DNA of 64,000 nucleotides from Candidatus Uhrbacteria bacterium (GTDB lineage: Bacteria > Patescibacteriota > Patescibacteriia > JACQRZ01). Shown in pieces: positions 59,887 to 64,000 of the stretch (positions are counted from its first letter, which is position 1; each line of letters begins with the position of its first letter). The position numbers and the translations under genes are program-made. Location of the stretch: assembly GCA_016188385.1 (NCBI GenBank), contig JACPHV010000021.1, forward strand, positions 2,649 through 66,648, written 5' to 3'. The notes beneath the pieces are model-generated. The model was given only the letters and a program-made list of their open reading frames with translations. It was not told the DNA's origin and did no database searches.

Positions 59887-62800
59887 TTATTGTTGCGAAC
59901 CGTCGGACACAGGGGGTGGCGGCTGCGAAGTCGCTGCTTTTGGTTCCAGCGGGATATTGATTTTTACGATGGCTTTATCTTTTGAGATTTTTATCGTGCC
60001 TCCTGCGTACACGTTTTTATATTTCTTGATTTTCACTTGCGCGGCCGGAGGAAACGAGTACCGATCCTTTGCTACTTGCAGGAGATACTCTCCGGCTGGC
60101 GCGAGAAAATTAAACCTGCCGACATAATCAGTGAGTCTCTGCCGCAAAAGCTTCTTGGAATCCGCATTGAAGATGCTGATCGCCGCAAGCGGGATCGGCT
60201 CAAGTGAAAGCGCGTCAAATACAACACCCCATGGCTTTTCAAATCTGTGCATCAGGGCAATCTGATACAAAGCGAACGCATAGGTGACAGCAAGTAAAAT
60301 CACATTAAACGGCTCGGGCGTGTAAATCGCGAGCAACGCGCTGATCGTGAGATTGGCTATGAGTGTAATGCGGGAATACTTTGTGACGCCTCCGAATAAC
60401 TTTTGCAACAGACCCGTTCTTGCTTCTTCCGGCGCGGGAGGATCAATCGGAACATTAAGAGTAATGGACTCATCCGCCTTGGAAAGAATGACAGACGCGC
60501 CGCGATAGATGTTCGCATACTCGCCATCGGTTGCGCCGGCAACCAATGCGGAAGGAAAAATGAAGGGCGGCTTTTTCACATCAACGGTATACTCTCCGGG
60601 CTTGAGAAGAAAGCTGAATCTGCCTTCTTTGTCCGTAACTTGTGTTTCGACGAGTTTCTTTTCCTTGTCAAACAAACGAACGATGGCAAGATCTACGGGC
60701 TGTTTGGAGATCGCGTTATACACCACGCCCCATGGTTTGCGGCGTTTTCGCAACCCGACCCATGTAAGAAGCATGGATATGAGATGGTGGAGGTAGTGAT
60801 ACCAATTCAACGCGCTTGTATAAAGCGTTGGGTTTACCGCGGTGACAACCGGAACAGAAACGACGACTGTACTTTGCAGTATCGGTTTTGTATCCTTCAC
60901 TGTTTCTTTTACAGTCTCGTTTACTACCACGGCTGCCTCCCGAATCTGTTGCGCGGCTTTTTGCACGCGCGGCAACAACGCTGCTTGCAGCTTACCCGTT
61001 ACGACAGTCTCCAATTCGATGACTTGCACCTGATCGTCCGTATACACAATCTTGATCACTACTTGCTGCGTACCGCGTTTTTCCGGCGTACGTATCGTTA
61101 CCGCGTAGCAGTCCCTTTCTTTTTCATACGACAGCGCGTGTTTTTTATCGCCGATAAACAGCGACATTTTCTTTACAGGCTTTACAAATGTGTTTGCCGG
61201 AATGCAGAGAGAAATTTCCGTGTCAGGCGTGGTATAGATTTTTTTCTCAAAAAATGGCACTTCTTCTTTTGTGGCGAAATCCTCCAGTGAAAGGGATTCC
61301 GTACGGATCTCTGATTCTTCTTTTGTCAGAATCTCTGTCGGCAAGACATAGATCTGTGTCGGTTTTGCGTCAGGCAATCGATCGCCGAGCACGGCAAACG
61401 CCGAGAAATGATTGATCGTTGACGTTGCGCAACGGGTCGTAGTATCCCAACTCGTTGTTTCCGGACGAATGCCATCAATCGGATCGAAGGAGTACGTGCG
61501 AAGCGTGGTGATGTCTATACCTTTAAGTTCTTTTTCCGTAAAGCAGAATTTTATCGGAATGGGCTGCGCAAGTTCGGATACGGCGGTATCGGCTTTGTTT
61601 TCCGGATTCAGACGCTCGGCTCGGATGAAAAACGCCTTGTTGCCCACTACCGCTTTTTCTGAAAGCTGCGGGCCCGGGATTTGCGAATTGAGCCACCACT
61701 GCGCCATTTGGATCGGTTGGGCTGATATCTCCGTGCGAAATCCGAATGGAGCGTCTGATACCGTATCGGAACTCAACAAAGCCTGCGCGAGAACGCGCGA
61801 ATCAACTTCATACGCTACATCAACGATCGTGGGTTCGCCCGGTGCCTTTGATGGCGGCACTCCAATACCGCCGCTTGCCGCGGGTGCCGATACAGGAGCA
61901 GTCGCTGCGATCACTGTTGACTTTGCGGGCGGCAGTGTTTCGACTACCGCATCTTCGCTTAATTTTTGAGGGACAAAAATGCGCGGAGGCTGACGAGACG
62001 AACGATCCTCGCCGTTTGTAATAGAGGAAAGTTCGACTAGGGGAGCATTAATCACATTGTAATTTGTCAAAGCGCTTACCGCGACACTGGAAGGAGAAAC
62101 ATTCCCCGATGAATCATAAGAGCGGATCACAACATAATATTGCGTCGCTCCTTTCAATCCCTGCAGTGTGTACGACTCTTGCACGCCCGGCGGAAGAGGC
62201 GTTGGCGGCGGAGGCGCGACAAGCGCTGTGAACCATTCGGATTCGGTCGTAATCGGAAAAGTGCTATAGCGTATCTCGTAACGTGCTGCGCTGCGAATAG
62301 CTCCTGTACCGTCCGTATCAGAAGGAGCGATCCATGAGATAGTCGCCGTAGTATCAGAAACTGATCGGAGCGCTATTTGGGACACGGCTGTCGGCGCGCT
62401 CGTATCCGCCGGCTGTTGTCCTTGTTTCTCCTCCGCTGGTTTCTCTTCAGCTGGCGGCGGAGAAGGATTGGCTATTGCCTGCATCTCGTCAGACGCAGTG
62501 CCGCCCTTACCGTCTGCTCCGGTGAGACGCAAGACGTAGGTGCCTGCTTGAGAAAATGCCGCGGTTGTGTCTATTGCCTGCGCGTTGCCAAAAGTCACCG
62601 CGCCGGGACCTGATACTTTTGACCATGTAACGGAAACAAGATCGCCATCAGGATCCGACACTGTCGCATCAAGAACCGCGGCGCTTGGAAGATTCAATGT
62701 AAGGTCGGCGCCGGCATTCACGGATGGCGCGCGATTGGCAGTTTTGACAGTAATGATCGCGTCGTCAGACGCAGTGCCGCCCTTACCGTCTGCTCCGGTG

Positions 62801-63744
62801 AGACGCAAGACGTAGGTGCCTGCTTGAGAAAATGCCGCGTTGGTAGTCAGAGCGGAAGACGCGCTGAACGTGATCGTGCCGGGACCGGAAACCTTGGACC
62901 AGCTGACCGTAACAGTATCTCCGTCAGGATCACTCGCGCTGCCGGTAAGATTCGCTTGGGCGGGTAGCGTGATCGTACGGTCCGCGCCGGCATTCACGGA
63001 TGGCGCGCGATTGGCAGGAGGCGATGTTTGCTGTTGTTCTGTCGGAGGGGTAGTTGTTGCCTGCTGGCTTGGCGTTGCGGAGCCTTCTGATGTTGTCGAT
63101 GTCTCGGGGGCTGATGCAGGTTCAGACGCAGCAGGCGCCGGTGCCGGTGCCGCGCTACCTCCTCCCGTACCGCCGGTACCTGCCGGCGCACCGGAAACAC
63201 TCGCGGTGAATGCCCCGATACTTATACTGATTAAACCAACATCCGTACCGGAAACAATGGAAATCAAACGGCTGCCCGAAGCAGTGCTATTTTTCATTTG
63301 TCTGGTACCAGTCGCGCCTGAAGTCGAATGCGTACCAATACGGATCGTCACCGTTGATCCTGCTGAAATAAGATTTGAAACTACCGGGGCTTCCAATTCT
63401 ATCAATCGCGAAGCGGGTGTAAATGTGACGCCCCACGTACTTTCATCAGAAACAGCGGCAAGAGGCAACTGCGAACCGCCTGACAGCAAATCAAGGTCAT
63501 CTACCGTGATCGAATTCAAGCTGCTGACCGCATCGGAAAGATACAATGAAATCGTACCTGTCCCTCCAACGCCGGACGCGGAGCGAAAACTAATGGTATA
63601 GTTGGCAGACGCGCTCGCTGTATGATCCGTCAATGTAGCGTTCATGCTCGAGAGTCGCGCCGCATCAACTGCCGAAGTAAGAAATACAGCGTTGCCGACA
63701 AGTGCGGTGAGTAAAAATATAAAAAACCGGCATCTATTTTTCAT
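59887..63744 (-). CDS. Large surface protein: 2 PKD-like repeats, FN3, TM segments, carboxypeptidase-regulatory-like domains
   Basis: Signal peptide; NRAPSVNAGAD..DPDGD..WSKVSGPG twice; FN3 (ATISWIAP..YYVVIRSYD); PWGVV..TD..GRF.FL twice. Confidence 0.85.
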   Translation of the reverse strand: MKNRCRFFIFLLTALVGNAVFLTSAVDAARLSSMNATLTDHTASASANYTISFRSASGVGGTGTISLYLSDAVSSLNSITVDDLDLLSGGSQLPLAAVSDESTWGVTFTPASRLIELEAPVVSNLISAGSTVTIRIGTHSTSGATGTRQMKNSTASGSRLISIVSGTDVGLISISIGAFTASVSGAPAGTGGTGGGSAAPAPAPAASEPASAPETSTTSEGSATPSQQATTTPPTEQQQTSPPANRAPSVNAGADRTITLPAQANLTGSASDPDGDTVTVSWSKVSGPGTITFSASSALTTNAAFSQAGTYVLRLTGADGKGGTASDDAIITVKTANRAPSVNAGADLTLNLPSAAVLDATVSDPDGDLVSVTWSKVSGPGAVTFGNAQAIDTTAAFSQAGTYVLRLTGADGKGGTASDEMQAIANPSPPPAEEKPAEEKQGQQPADTSAPTAVSQIALRSVSDTTATISWIAPSDTDGTGAIRSAARYEIRYSTFPITTESEWFTALVAPPPPTPLPPGVQESYTLQGLKGATQYYVVIRSYDSSGNVSPSSVAVSALTNYNVINAPLVELSSITNGEDRSSRQPPRIFVPQKLSEDAVVETLPPAKSTVIAATAPVSAPAASGGIGVPPSKAPGEPTIVDVAYEVDSRVLAQALLSSDTVSDAPFGFRTEISAQPIQMAQWWLNSQIPGPQLSEKAVVGNKAFFIRAERLNPENKADTAVSELAQPIPIKFCFTEKELKGIDITTLRTYSFDPIDGIRPETTSWDTTTRCATSTINHFSAFAVLGDRLPDAKPTQIYVLPTEILTKEESEIRTESLSLEDFATKEEVPFFEKKIYTTPDTEISLCIPANTFVKPVKKMSLFIGDKKHALSYEKERDCYAVTIRTPEKRGTQQVVIKIVYTDDQVQVIELETVVTGKLQAALLPRVQKAAQQIREAAVVVNETVKETVKDTKPILQSTVVVSVPVVTAVNPTLYTSALNWYHYLHHLISMLLTWVGLRKRRKPWGVVYNAISKQPVDLAIVRLFDKEKKLVETQVTDKEGRFSFLLKPGEYTVDVKKPPFIFPSALVAGATDGEYANIYRGASVILSKADESITLNVPIDPPAPEEARTGLLQKLFGGVTKYSRITLIANLTISALLAIYTPEPFNVILLAVTYAFALYQIALMHRFEKPWGVVFDALSLEPIPLAAISIFNADSKKLLRQRLTDYVGRFNFLAPAGEYLLQVAKDRYSFPPAAQVKIKKYKNVYAGGTIKISKDKAIVKINIPLEPKAATSQPPPPVSDGSQQ

Positions 63745-64000
63745 ACGCGCTTTGTATCCTTTATGGGCAGGGCGTTTTTAATCAGAAGGATGCATACTAT
63801 GATAAGAATCACTGCGATAAAGACCCACATCACAACGATCGGGATCGGCATAACTCGAAACGCAAACTCCGCGTGAAGTTTTTTTGCGTTTTCTTCCCCG
63901 TAGGTAAGATCGAGGACGGCAGTGTAGTCCCCAAAAGTGAAACCGGCATCCCATACGGTGTCAAACCGACGAATATCTCCTCCAGGCAAAATCGCTGATG
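63741..64000 (-). CDS. C-terminal part of a membrane-anchored protein (DUF916/DUF3324-like), 5' end outside the window
   Basis: ILPGGDIRRF..W..FGDYTAVLDLTYG followed by a TM and basic tail. Confidence 0.55.
   Translation of the reverse strand, partial: SAILPGGDIRRFDTVWDAGFTFGDYTAVLDLTYGEENAKKLHAEFAFRVMPIPIVVMWVFIAVILIIVCILLIKNALPIKDTKRV

Noticed and set aside
60403-63601. Long plus-strand ORFs (295, 185, 253 aa)
   Set aside because: Antisense shadows of the 1285-aa gene with no motifs; the same applies to most short ORFs nested in core genes.
1-64000. CRISPR array, cas genes, transposase, integrase, rRNA or prophage structural genes
   Set aside because: No regularly spaced repeat-spacer pattern or recognisable motifs seen by eye.

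Overview
A gene-dense 64 kb bacterial window with hallmarks of a Patescibacteria/CPR (probably ABY1-like) genome: few Shine-Dalgarno sites, overlapping starts, a tRNA without CCA, CPR-type surface proteins. The taxonomy is inferred from gene style only. Core content: pentose-phosphate genes (tal, single-chain tkt, zwf; rpiB, rpe, split tkt), a trehalose synthase/phosphatase fusion, class III ribonucleotide reductase, most of de novo pyrimidine synthesis (carAB, pyrBI, pyrC, pyrD, pyrE; no pyrF seen), PilB/GspE, ftsH, rpsA, a membrane pyrophosphatase, nusA and tRNA-Leu(TAA). Best candidates for undescribed systems: (1) an ATP-grasp ligase fused to a degenerate protease domain and a DUF1704/MATCAP-type carboxypeptidase, next to a PKD-7TM partner ending in Glu-Glu (possible writer-eraser peptide tagging); (2) a Com-like Zn finger plus repeat/hairpin leader before a split NrdD, with perfect DnaA boxes at the nrd and car/pyr promoters; (3) a Ser-rich leader-peptide attenuator ahead of an NlpC/P60-like gene and a multi-HTH sigma factor; (4) two accessory genes inserted between the split transketolase genes, with a relic tkt 3' end and a likely antisense sRNA to an NYN nuclease; (5) a 173-bp palindromic repeat family that supplies one gene's C-terminus; (6) a structured mini-element after tRNA-Leu. 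All calls are by eye from motifs; no searches were run.
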